From assembly GCA_013239625.1 (NCBI GenBank), contig MU053557.1, positions 689,063-753,062 of the forward strand: a stretch of DNA of 64,000 nucleotides, in the 5' to 3' direction. The translations under genes were made by a program, and so were the position numbers. Of this stretch, positions 13,698 to 27,421 are shown one piece after another. Every line of letters begins with the position of its first letter. The first letter of the stretch is position 1. Under the pieces are notes generated by a model. The model was not told the origin of the DNA. It made no database searches and saw nothing but the letters and a program-made list of their open reading frames with translations. The stretch comes from Lama guanicoe. Lineage: Eukaryota.

Positions 13698-14479
13698 GAT
13701 TTGGGTAAAAAAGTGAAGAACAAGGGTGGGGCAAGTGGAAATGGATGAGAAGAGGTCCTTGGAAGATTTACAGTAGAAATAAAGTGTATAGATTTGATTA
13801 TTGGCTATTAGAAGCTAACACAAAGGGAGGAATCAGATAATGGGTTTTCACTTGGACAGTGAAAGGCCAGTGATGCCATTAACTCAGAGAACTCTGCAGA
13901 ATATAATGGATGGGAGTGACTTTGGACTTGAGTGTTGAGGTGCCAGTAGGTCAATGTGAAGATGCCCGGCAGTATATATAAAAGTTAGAAACCAAACATT
14001 TAGATTTTGGACTCATTTGCATAGTGAAGCTAGTCCACTGAGACTGAATCAGGGCAAGAAGCTTGGGTATGTAGAAGGAGGGGAAAAGAGAACTTTAAAC
14101 ATGTGCAGAGTCTTGCCCAAATAGCCTTGTGTACAAGAAACCACGCTGGGACAGCTAACAAATGAGGAGCAAGGGCTGGAGCTTCATGGGGCCAGGGATG
14201 GTGAGACTGACAATTTGGCAAGTATACAGTGTACTATCCAGACAAGGAACGTGATGATGCTGCCATATGGTGCCCTTTGGCCTACCCAAAACACCTCTCA
14301 GTAGGAGGCGCTGCGCCCCCAAAGGGCAACTGGGCGACTGCCCTGCTTCCTCTGTCCCAGTCTGTAAGGGGCACAGAATGAGGCCTGGCCAACGCTAATG
14401 ATGTGACTCTGCCCTCTGCTCTTGGGAGCAAATAATCTAAGACAGTTTTGGGGGGAAAATGCATAAACACTCCCAAAAG

Positions 14480-14715
14480 TTACATTTATTGAGCACTAAC
14501 TGTGAGCTGGTGATGAACTAAGTACTCAAAATGCACTCTCTTATTTGGTTCTCACAAACTCTCCATAGGGAATTACAATTATTACCCGTTTACAGACGTG
14601 AAAATTGTGACTAAAGAAATAATGTAACTTTCCCAGCTGGTAAATGACAGAGTTGGGATTTGGTCCCAGAACTGCCTGATCCCAAAGTCTGCACATTTAA
14701 CCATAATGCACTAAC
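14480..14715 (-). mobile_element. MIR SINE
   Basis: acatttattgagcactaactgtg...attacccgtttacagacgtgaaaattgtgact...gttgggatttggtcccag. Confidence 0.65.
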
Positions 14716-17700
14716 GCTTCCCTGTGCAGGAGATAATCATTTTCAGCACTTAAGTTTTGTTTCAGTATTTCTTTGTAGGTTTCTTTCCCTTTCTGTCCCC
14801 AAGTTGTGACTATTAGGTTAAGTTACCCCCAGAAAGTCAACTTTCCCAAACCCTCCAGGTTTCCTTAATTACAGGGCTCTTAGGGTCCCTGAAATAGAAA
14901 TAGTGCTTTGTATCCTCCTCTACACGCCCCACACCACCCCACCCCAGCCTGTAACTAGAAGCGTGCACCGTTTATTGTGGGAACCTGTTCCTGGAAGTAA
15001 CCACGTCAACTCAATCAGTGGTCTGTGGGATTGTTGCAGCATCCTCGGGGATGAGCGACTGATACCATGCTTTGGAAATTACTCTCCTTCTCAAGTCTTC
15101 TGAAGTTGTGATATGCCTCTGGCCATAGATTTCCTCTGTTCAGCCTTCATACTGTTGTTGGTCAGTCTTTGCAGGCTGCAGAGAGGTTTCTGCTGCCCTT
15201 CAAAGGATTTCTGCCAGGCAACAACTGTGCTGACCTGGGTGTCTTAGACTGTCTCCCTGGAGGCATTTGGGGCTGTTGCAGGGACACCCTCTTTCCACCC
15301 TCCAGTATCTTCTTCCATTGTTTGTAGAATCCTCAGCACTGTCACCCTTTTGCACCCCTTTTGTCAGCCGTCTTGAACCCACGTGGTCACTGGCACACAA
15401 GTAATGGCAGAAAGAGGGACCTGCTGGAAGAAATAAGCAGCGGGGCTGGACCACTCAACTGGCTCTTAGTCCTCATTGGCTGAGAACCAAATACAATTTA
15501 GCAGTACAGACTAGCGCTGTAATGGGCTTACATTTATATACACGTATAAAATATTTCTGAGAGCATCAGGACTCAAATAAATCAGCCCGGTTTGAGGCAG
15601 TTCTAAATGAATTCTAAATGAGGACCTCTGACTTCATGCCCGGTAAATGTGTAGTGATGCAAGGTGGCACTTTGTTTAGTCCATCAATAATTTATTAATG
15701 GGCACTTAGTGCTAGACGTGCTGTTCCTTTGAGTTTCAAAAAATGACTTCGTTTTGTTTAGCTCCGTGCCTCTCTCATGGAACTTTTTCCACTTGCCTTA
15801 AGAGCAATCATCGCTCTTTTCTGTGCATCACTTACCTAGCTCCAGTTTGGACACCGATTAAGTTGTTTTGCCCTGCTGGATTTTCCGCTTGTTGAGGGTC
15901 AGGCTCATGCCTGGTTAATCATTGCATCCTCTACAGCGTCTAACAAAGTTCTCCATGCAAATAGACACGTAAGTATTTTGAGCAAATGACGGATAAGAGA
16001 CATGGAGCAGAAGAGGGATTTTAAAGGAGCTCAAAGCATTTTTTGTCGTTGCTATTGAACTCCCAACAACCTTAGCTGTCGTTCTCAAATTGGGTTTCTG
16101 GGGGAGGACTCTGTCTTGACTCTGATTGACCAATGGCTCTTTAGGTGAACTTTTTTGGGGAAGGGGGAGTTGTTATTATGAAGCACTGATGTTCTCAGCG
16201 TGGACTCCATCCCATGGGTCACTTTTCTTGGGCAGTTACTTTCTCTTTTCTTCTTTAGAGTTACGGGCATACATGTCCTTGGGCAAAACGGCAGTAAGAG
16301 GTATGCATTTGCTTACGATCTTTGGTACAAATTAGAAATCCATCACCTTTTCCTTCCCTAGGGCCCTTTCTCTAATTCTTCATCTTAATTTATGATTTTA
16401 CTTAATATCCTGTCTAGCGGTAATCTTAGCCTCAGTGTTCAATACGATGGTCCTGCAACAACGTAGCTGTGTGTCACTGCTCTTGAGATCTGATTTATAT
16501 GTATGAAAAATTTCAGGGGTTGGCAAGAGACATCAGGTTGAATCCAGTTTCTATCAGATACATGAATCTTTTTTTTTTTTTTGCATCTCTCTATTTGTTC
16601 ACAGGCATTCTTTTTCCTGATGAATGGCAACCAGCTTTATCAGGAAGATATATGACACTGGCTCTATTTCAAACAATGGCCTGATACCCTCCAGCAGCCA
16701 CTGGAGCCACACATTGCAAACCAGCCTGTCATTTGGAGAGACCCTCGGGTAGTTGGGAGTTGCTCTTGAGGCTCAGATCATTGTCCATAAAGGTGACATG
16801 CAGTCTCCTTGGCAGCAGCTGTGCAGGCCTGCACTCCACAGCCAACAAGTGAGGTTTTCCAACTCACATCCGAGCTATGTGCTTTGACTCCTTACATCTT
16901 GTGCCCAGTATGTGCATCGGTATAGGTCAGTCACTACAGGCCTTCAAACTCCACACTCCACTCCACACACATTTTTGGAACAGATGCAGAGGGACTGATG
17001 CATGAAATGACTGGCTTAGAATTGCCTGGGACCTTGTCAAGATTTTTTTTAAGTAAATCATATTTTTTTCACCATCTAAGCACTTAAAAAAAAACAAAAC
17101 AGAGATTTGAGCTTTATCCCCCAAACAGTTTCTTATTTCTCAAAGCTTCTACATTCTGGAACACAAGCATATACATTTATACTACTCATCCTTGTGGATT
17201 TAAGAAAGGCCAATTCTCTGATGCTGCTATGAAAAACTTTTTATTTTTCCCCTTTATAACCCTTTTTCATCTTCACAATCAGTCTTCCACTTGGAACCAA
17301 CGTTTCAGGAGTAAAGAAAATTAGACACACCACGTGAGATCAGAAACTTGCTGTATCCAGCTAAATTTTCTGAACACCATTGTCCCCATGGTTCACTTAT
17401 TCATTTACTAGTGTATTCATTCATTCATTCACTTGTTTATGGTAATAGACCTCTGACAAGTACTTATGGAGTGTTCTGTGTGCCCTATCCAGGCTTGGGG
17501 AAGCAGTGGTGATCCATGCTAGGAACACGTCATTTCTCTGTGTGAACAAGTCCAAATAGTAGACACAGATTGAGGGTATTTAATAAAAGGAATGATCCCT
17601 AAATAAGTTTGGTGTCGTTAAAAGGGGGCTTTGGAATCAGACAAGCTTGGTGTGACCTACTGTCAACTAATTAACCTCTTAGAGGCTCTTTTATTCTCCC

Positions 17701-20700
17701 TACAATGCCAGCAGTTTAGGATTGTTGTAGGAATTCAAAGAGACGGTGTATGTGAAAATGTCTGGCAGTCAGCATCAGCTTCATTTGTTAATTTTGTGAA
17801 CTTTTTGGCCACAGATGTATTTTAAGAAACTGGCATTGGTGCAGTTTTGAAACTAAAAACTGTGACAGTGTCCCCTTCCAGGGGTGTCCCTTCTAATGGT
17901 CTTTTTTTTGTTGTTGCTCCATTTTTGACTGGGTGTCGGGTGCTTGAATGACCTCTTTGCAGTAGTGAGTTGAGAAAGGCTGCTTTGGCAGTTGGTTGAC
18001 TTCTCTGGGAGCTGACCACATGCAGAGGTCCCTAATCGCATGGAGAATTCAGTGTTTCGGGAACTAAGCTGAAATCAACCACCTTATATTTCCAACCGAT
18101 CTTTCGTTCCATCAGCTTCTTAACATACCATTTTTTTGTTTGTGTGCATGTGCCACTCTGAGAAAACCCTCTTGCTCCTGCAGTTAAATTCAACATTTAC
18201 TGAGCACCTCCCAGATGCCAGCTCCTGTGCTAGCTGCTGGAGGATCCCGAGATGAGTGCCAAATGGTCCCTGCCCCGTGGATTTCTCATAGCTGACTCAA
18301 AGGCAAGGAGAAAAGTGCTCTGGCGATCAGAGTGGTATTTCAGAGCATACCTGAAATTCCCAGCTTTGACCTCTCCAGTCCTCTAATAAAACGATTCAAT
18401 TTTGTTCCTTGAGCTAAATCTTTCCATTTGCTATTTGGTCTTTGCCCTTCTCTCTTTCTGCTGTTCCCCATCATCAGATGCCACTGGTAAGATTTATTTC
18501 AACCTACGAGGATGCCACGTTTGGATTTACTTGTGAAAAATGCCTTCTGCAAACAATGGCTACTCCAAGTGACTGCTGAATCACAGTAAAATGATGTGAG
18601 GTATTTTGAATGAGCCAGCCTCTTCATTCACTTTCCTCAATTGTCATCCTCTGAAAAGCAGACCTACCTTCCAAAGGCAGGCAAGTAAGTTTTTAAATGA
18701 ACTAATTATCCGTCTCCAAGGACAATGGTGCTTAGGGTGCCCAGTATCCTTTGTCTTTCTCCTACTTCCCTCCTGGCAGGGAGAAGCAGACTTTTAGAAA
18801 GGGGAGCAGTCACACCACCAATATGAATGAGTAATGTGGTACCCTTCCAACCACTCACTCACACAGACAGACCCATGGGATTCAAGCAGAAAGTGGAGAG
18901 AGAGGGACAGAGGAGGTGATGGGGCCAAGCATAAATATAATCACAGTGCCCATTACCTACTGAACATTTGCTATGTGCCAAGCACTTTCAGAACAGTATC
19001 TCCAATCCTTACATCAATCTTGAAAGTAGATTTTTCCATCTCTAATATACACATGAGGAGAGTATCTTCAGAGAGGTACAGTGATGAGTTCATGATCATA
19101 CAGCTGGTAGGTGCCTCTTTCAAACCTTGCTCTGCCTGACGCTCAACCCTGTTCCTTCTCATTATAACTAGGATTTTCAAACTCTGTTTCCTGCAAGTTG
19201 CTTCAGGGAGTTTCAATACATTTCCATTTAAGCACGTATAAAACTATTAAGAAAAACATTAAAATGCACTCTGACGGCCACTGACGTGTTATTGCAATTT
19301 CTGACTGATTGCTTTTTAGGTAAATAAGTGTTTTTGAACTTAACACCTAAACACTTTCTGATTTGACATATTTTGGAAAGGCGACAAAGATGTCATTTGA
19401 AAAGTGGGTTTCCTGGGTGGAAGATAAAAGGCTGGCAACTATTGGCTTACAAATTGCGCTACTCCTTTACCAAGAGATATGTTGCAAACATACTAAGGAC
19501 GGTGCCAACACGTCTAATGCAACAGATACAATGAGCATGGGTATCATACTGTGAACCACACAAGATGGTTAAGGAGGATGCTCAAAGTAGGAGTGCAGAG
19601 GAGGCAGTGCAAGGCCTTTTGTTTTTTATGGCGGTGCCTAAAATACTGCCCGTGTGTTTGTGGAAGCGATTGTTGGATGTCTAGGCAGCTATTTTCTTTC
19701 CTCCCCCTCACTCACCAATCCATTTTAAGGACGAGTGTTTTTCTGTGGGTGAGGTTTCATGCTGATGAGACCACAGCTTCAAAACACATATGTGGAGTTG
19801 GCGCCACACAACTTCCATGAGCAAATTATGTGCTCCTGACTTTGACCATTTGTTCCAGAGAAGCTACCTTATTTTGTAGAGAAACCTAAAAGGTGTCACC
19901 TTCAAACCTGAAGAGCAGTACTTACTCTCTTTTTAGATTAGCATAAAATGTTAAAAAAAAAAAAACCCACAGATCTCAAAATGACCATTCACCTGGAAGA
20001 ACTTTCCTCTGCAGACTTCTGTTGTCAGAGGCTCCCTGGGGGTATGAACAGCTTCTGCTCTTATTCGTATTTTGGAAAGAGAGTTCAAGAGCGTTCGCAG
20101 GGAGAGACTGCGAGGTGAGTGACCGGCCTGAATGTCTGCTATTATCCCCAACTTTCAGGTGGATCTGAGGCTATGGAGGGTGCCCTCAAAGGGTCTGCCA
20201 TTCCAGCTTTACAGTTCTGCAAGTCTAATCCAAATTGTTTCTTGTGAGGCGTTATTTTAACAAGACATCGCTGTTTGCTGCCTCCTTCCTCAGATTCTTA
20301 CACAGGCAATTACTCCCTAGTATGTCTCTGAAGGATTTAGCAGCTGTGCTCTATCTTTCTTTTGCCATCAGTCACAGCATCTCCATAAGGGGAGACAGCG
20401 TCACTTCGTAGGTATGGAAGCAGAGGCCACCTGAGGTTAAGTGGTTTGTCCAAATCATATGTGAACTATGTAGGACCAAAAGCTGAAAACAGTAGCAGAC
20501 ATCTTTCTGCAAATAAGAGGCAGTGCTCAAGAATCTAGAACTTTTTCATCTTTGTCTTCCATTGCTATGATTTGGGGTATGAGTGTGTGTTTGTATGTGA
20601 GCGTCTGAGTTCAGAGATTGTATTGAATTCAGCTTTGTGTCGTAAGTACCTAGCCCTGGACACAATACCGGTAGTTAGTAAATCCACGTGGAATGGGTGA

Positions 20701-21936
20701 AAAAGGTACCAGGAATGCAACCTTGTCTGACAGATGATCATGGAGTTTTTATTTTTAACCCTTGTGGTATTGATTATTCTTTGTCCGCCATTCTGCCACC
20801 CATCCTCCCCACCAAAGCCTGAAATCTCCCCATTATTAATAAATATATTTATAACAAGCGATGACCTTTATCTAAAACCACATAGTGGAAAGAGCAAAGA
20901 TTTTGGACGTAGAACTGAATTTCAGTCTTTGGGCATCTTTTGTAACTTCTTCATGCCTCAACCTGTCTGACAGCAACAAATATGGCTGTTTCTACCACAA
21001 GCACGAACACTAGCGGTGTTTACTGCGCACTCACCCAGAGCTAGGAAATGTGCTGGGGTCTTAACATAAGGTTGGTATCTAACCTGCACAGCACACCTGG
21101 GAGGCAGGTCTCATTATCTCCATTTTCCCCTGACTCAGAGACACTGAGTCTCCCATTCAGTGTTACACCACCAGTCAGGGAGAGCTGGGAGAGAGATAAT
21201 GACTTTGTGAGGACTTCACGGCTGGCCCTCCATAAAGAGTTGCTATTAAGATGATGGTGATAATTCAGGAGTCCTTGGGGTAGGTAACACAAATGAGTGC
21301 ACAGCGTCTTAGTGTGAGTAAGTTTATGAGATCAGTTCCCTCCTTGATGACAGAGACAGTCAGCATAAAAGCTATCTCTACTGGAGGGGGCAGGAGACTT
21401 AGGGATGCATTAGAGGGTGAGGAGGCGGGAAGTGATCACATTATTCCCAAATTAAAACAGTCCTTTTGAGAATATACTCTTCAGTATTCAGCTGTGGGGG
21501 TGTGTGAACATGGGGGATCAGGAAACAGACGCTAAGACACATTTCATCCATTCCACAATTTACCCACGGCGTGTCTTGCTGTGCGGGAGGCTTGCACACC
21601 ACCAGGAACGGGGTGGAGCGTTCTGCCTTGCTCTTCCCTCAAGAGAAATCTGTTGCTGTATGTTCAGCCTTCGGGCCGAGTGTGGCATCCCACGGTGTTT
21701 CAGCGGAGAGCTGTCAGGAGAGAGGAATAACGCTAGCAGCGTTATCTGCTGACACGAAGGACAGGAATACACTTACAGCCTCGACTTGGCTTCTTGCCTC
21801 TTGTTCAGGCACCAAATAGCTGGGCTTCCTGACAACCTCCCTGAGACACCCTGAGACACACTCGCTTACTCTAGCACTATTGAAATCTCTCTAAATGGTA
21901 CACTGCTTTGGTTCCTCCAAGATTAATCTCTCTCTC

Positions 21937-22260
21937 TTTTTTTAAATTGAAGTACAGTCAGTTACATTTCTGGTGTACAGCACAATGTCCCAGTCATGCA
22001 TATACATACATGTATTTGTTTTCATATTCTTTTTCATTAAAGGTAATTAAAAGAAATTGACTAAAGTTCTCTGTGCTATACAGAAGACATTTGTTTTTTT
22101 TTTAAATCTATTTTTATATATAGTGGTTAACGTTTGCAAATCTCAAACTCCCAAATTTATCCCTTCCCACCCCTTTTCCCCTGGTAACCATAGGATTGTT
22201 TACTATGTCTGCAAGCCTGTTCCTGTTTTGTAGATGAGTTCATTAGTGTCCCCTTTTTTT
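21937..22260 (-). mobile_element. Lineage-specific LINE-1 3' end
   Basis: Poly-T then aattgaagtacagtcagttaca...ctggtgtacagcac...ctgtgctatacag...caaactcccaaatttatcccttcccacccc...ggtaaccata; shares sequence with the 36211 copy. Confidence 0.82.
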
Positions 22261-23717
22261 TCTCTTTAGTCTCAGTTCTCCCCTTTTCTCTCTTTAATCT
22301 CACTTCTCAATCCTTTGCATCCTCCAGACTAAAGGAACAAGAAAGAGTACAGATCAGAGGATGTTAGCCTGGGGTCCACAGACCCCAATTAATAGGTTCC
22401 GGGCCAATCTTGAACCAAACCCCTGACCTCGCAATAAGAGATCCAGACCCTCTCAATTTCCTGAGGCTACAGGTAAGATTAAGAAGTAAATATGCCTAAA
22501 GAGGGCTAGCAAGCAAAACAGTTGTTCATTTTTAATAGTTTATTATAATAAATGAACATTTTCAGCACAAAACAATATACAGCCATACAAATGTGCAAAA
22601 AGCCTAGGATATTTGCAGTGTTTATTTAAAAATACCGAGTCCAAGTGCATTTCAGGCAGTGTGGCCCAACTGTGGGTCACAAGGTTACACAAGGGTCACA
22701 AGGTCGTCTGGCAAATGATTTTTTTTTCAAGAATGTGTCTCCGTGAGCGTGTGTATAATCTCATTTCAAAAGGAAGGTTCATAGTCAAAATTTGGGGATT
22801 TCTTGGAGTGTGACTCCCTGGCCACGTGATCTCCCTGGTTCCTCTCTTTACTCAGCCTTTCCTGAGATGCTCTGTCCCCGGCATTGAATGCAGACCTTCA
22901 CGCTTGTGTGTTTATTTTCTAGATTTCCTAAGATTCTCCAAGAAATCCTTCCTCCAAAAATATTAAGCGCTACTTATCTCAAAAATAGCCTAACCGATAA
23001 AACCCAGACCAATGAACAGAGCTCCTCCTTTTGAAATTCAGAATACTCTTCTTCTAAATTGTAAAAAATATTTTAGCCTTGCAATTTAATGTAATATTAA
23101 ACTCTTTTAAGTGACTTGCTTTTCTTTTTTTTTTTTACAAATGTGTAATAATCTTGCAATTCTTCTTGTTTTCTTTATTTGCCACCTCTCCATCTTTATT
23201 CTAGAATCCATAAGGTTACAAACAGGACATTGGTCATAGTGAAATGGCAGTGGTCTAAACTCTACCTGCTACTCCAGCTGTGTGACCCCGTGGAAGTAGC
23301 TTCCCCTTCTGGTACTCAGTTTCTGTATCTCTAAGATGAGACGGTGATTCCATTTCTCAGGCTCCTTTTAGCTTTAAAAGGCTGTGTTTTTTCTTTCTCC
23401 CACTCTCCACTTCCTTCCAGACTGTCCCCAAACTATTTTAATATCCAGTCTCCAGAGCTATCATCATGGGGTACTGGCCCACTCTGTTAGACATAAAACA
23501 ATTTGCTCTTAACTACAACCAAACCCACTACTTAACTGGTATAGATTCAGACTTATTTTTCCCTTGACTAGATGGGAAACTAAATACTTACTTTGTCATC
23601 TCAGTGAACGGAGTATTTCCGGTAATACTCAAACCACTATAAAACCTTTAAAATAAAGGAAAAACCTAACTTCTGGCTCAGGTAAGTGGCCAGATACAGA
23701 GCTGCACCAATAGCTTT

Positions 23718-23736
23718 TGGACACTAGATGGCAATA
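23718..23736 (+). promoter_or_regulatory. Predicted CTCF site
   Basis: TGGACACTAGATGGCAATA closely matches the CTCF core (CCASYAGRKGGCRS), with a TGCA upstream-module-like motif at 23703. Confidence 0.6.
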
Positions 23737-24849
23737 TGAGCGCGTCAAATAATAAACATTTCCTTGATCGGTCCAGCGTTAAAATCCCAATGATTGAGGC
23801 CGAAACAGGTTAACACATTAGTTAAAGAAAACAAAGTCAAATATAATCAGGTGTTGGAGTGTTAGCTAATACTCCGAATATGTTCAGTAACCTGATACTT
23901 CGTGAAAGAAAAGACTGTTAAATTAGAAATTAATTTATGCTTCTGCTGAGTCTGTCTTCAAGCTAATTCTTGGGGCAAGAGTTGGCAATAAACACGTCTC
24001 CCATGAAATGTATCTAATGTATACTTCCCTCTCCGTTTTTGGTTTTCACTTTTTAAAAAAATAGCAATTGTTTGGAACGGAGGGTGCCTTACATATATTA
24101 TTTGTAGATGAAGTACTATGTCTCATGAGGAATGTGAGTCCTAAGACATTGGTGTTTTAAAGGGGAAATGGCTGACTTACTGTAAGCCGTTGGCTGGGCC
24201 ATTACTGACTGGCAGGATCAACTGGAAGCACTTTGTTAGTGGATTAGGTTGCCCTGGAAATGCCTTCCTGAAACTCTAATGATGCACTTAAGGGAACCCT
24301 CTGGGACAAGAGTAAAATGTCTCTTAGCAGGCGTGTCTTCCACCAGCATCCTCTTGGGATGAGATGGGAGGGGGCAGGGGCACATCCAAAGAGACGCTGA
24401 GTGAGGAAACAGCCCCAGCAAAAGGTTGCAGGTAACAGCTTCTTCCAGGGAAGCTAAGACACTGACTTACTGATATAAACCCTGGGTTTTCCGAGGGTAC
24501 CAGTGCTTCGCGTATTCTTTCGAAAGAGCATCATTAATTCCAGAGAGACTGTATGTATGCATGTATGTATTTGTCTATTTATTATTTATTTATTTGCTGG
24601 GGTGTGGGTGGCAGAGGGATGGAGAAGAAGGAAAAAAAACAGGAGGGCATTAGCGAGAACATAATTTCATCTTCTTTGATTGAAGAACAAAAAGCCACAT
24701 TGGGGTCATTGAGTGTGCCTTTTTTTTTTTTTTTTGGCATCATTCGGCAAAAATTCAGTGCTCGAGCAAAGGGTTTGTTAATTTTTTTTTAATGAGAAAT
24801 CTCTGTGTTCCTCACACTGCTGGGCTGGGGGGTGGGGGTTGCTTCTGGG

Positions 24850-25350
24850 GTTTGGTGGCGGCGGCGGCGGAGGTCTAACGACGAGAGGAAAGGGCAGAGC
24901 AAAGGCCCTCGGAAACTCCAGACTCCCGGCCGGGACGGGGAGGGACGTGGCCGCGCGGCGCCGCGTCCCCGCCCCAAGCCCCGAGCGCCCGGGAGTCGCG
25001 CGCCCACGGCCGGCGCGCGGCGTCGCCCGTGCCGCCCCGGCGACCTGCCACCGAGGAGGACGTGACTCCGAGCCGCCTCCGCTTTCTCCAAGCCATATTC
25101 CTTTAAGATGATGTAATAGTCACTTCCCTGGATGGGCTCCTGCCTGCACTGCTGAGACAACAGCATCCGAACTGCACCGGGAACCGTGGAACCACCCAGC
25201 TCCGCCGCCGGAGAAGCCGGAGCCGAGCCCCCCGCCGGCATCTCCGCGCTGCGGCGGCCGCGGCTGCCGCCCGGCTGGGAACATGGGAGCCCGCCTGCCC
25301 TTGCCGGCAGGCGGGGTGGCTGCCTGGGACCCCAGCAGGGCACCGCCGTC
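24850..25350. promoter_or_regulatory. CpG island, probable proximal/alternative KCTD16 promoter
   Basis: Abrupt GC- and CpG-rich segment (ggccgcgcggcgccgcgtccccgcccc..., GC box CCCGCCCC, (GGC)4 at 24857-24868) in otherwise CpG-depleted DNA, about 0.8-1.3 kb upstream of the coding exon. Confidence 0.85.
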
Positions 25351-25784
25351 TTTCTTTCTGCTGCTGGGCTTTCTGAAAAGCTTCTAAGTCCCGGTACCTC
25401 TTACAACTCTCTTCTGTGTTAAGGATTCTTTCCAAAGGTTTAATTTTTTTTTTCCTGGAGACGCTTTGGTTGAGTGTTTTTCTCTGCTCTGCTGCTTCAA
25501 TCCAACCACTTCTCATCACGGTTTAACTTTTTTGTGACTTGTTTTAACTTGAGATAGAGAGTGACTCTATACATACGTAGACGCAAATATACATTTATAT
25601 AAATATTTATATATGTAAAAAATTATTTTTAAGAGCACATCTCTCTGGCACTTTTCACTGATACCTCTGTCCTTTACCTCTTTGGGATCTGACAAGCTCC
25701 GAGACTGTGTGTGTGACTGTGGATTCCGACTGCTTTGCAAATGGGTATCTCTCCACAAGAGCTGTGTGTCCAGCATTCATTAAG
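25100..25784 (+). other. KCTD16: Candidate non-coding first exon of KCTD16 (5' end uncertain)
   Basis: Perfect donor AAG|GTAAGT at 25782-25790, downstream of the CpG island; gives a 369-nt intron (25785-26153) to the coding-exon acceptor. Confidence 0.6.
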
Positions 25785-26153
25785 GTAAGTTCTGAGGCTT
25801 ATTGCTTTTCCTGTCCAGCTGGGGAAAAAAAAAAATTCCCTTTTAGCAGTTGCAAATTGCATATTCCTTTTTAATGCAGAAATAAAAATAGAAATGGTTT
25901 TCACACTAAATGCTGGAAGACTGAGGGATATGGATAAATTTGTAGACACAGAATAGCTTGAGAGCAGCTACAATTTAGTTGAAGAATGGCTGAAATCAGT
26001 CATTCCAGGGCTGCTTATGTAAAATAATCTCTCCCTCCCTCCCTCCCATCCTGCCTCCCTCCCTCCCTCTCCCTCCCTCTCCTCTCTCCAGCGGTCTCTC
26101 TTTTTCTGACTCATGCTGGGATTGAGGAAATAATTTTCTCTCTTTTCCTTCAG

Positions 26154-27421
<1,268 letters not shown>

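Noticed and set aside
15095..15480. Possible old ERVL LTR (LTR16/33-like); also possible hAT/MLT remnants at ~8180-8410 and ~9330-9470
   Set aside because: Too diverged to assign by eye; needs RepeatMasker.
24789..25519. Several 73-184 aa Arg/Pro/Gly/Ala-rich ORFs
   Set aside because: Expected from stop-codon scarcity in a CpG island; low complexity, no homology recognised.
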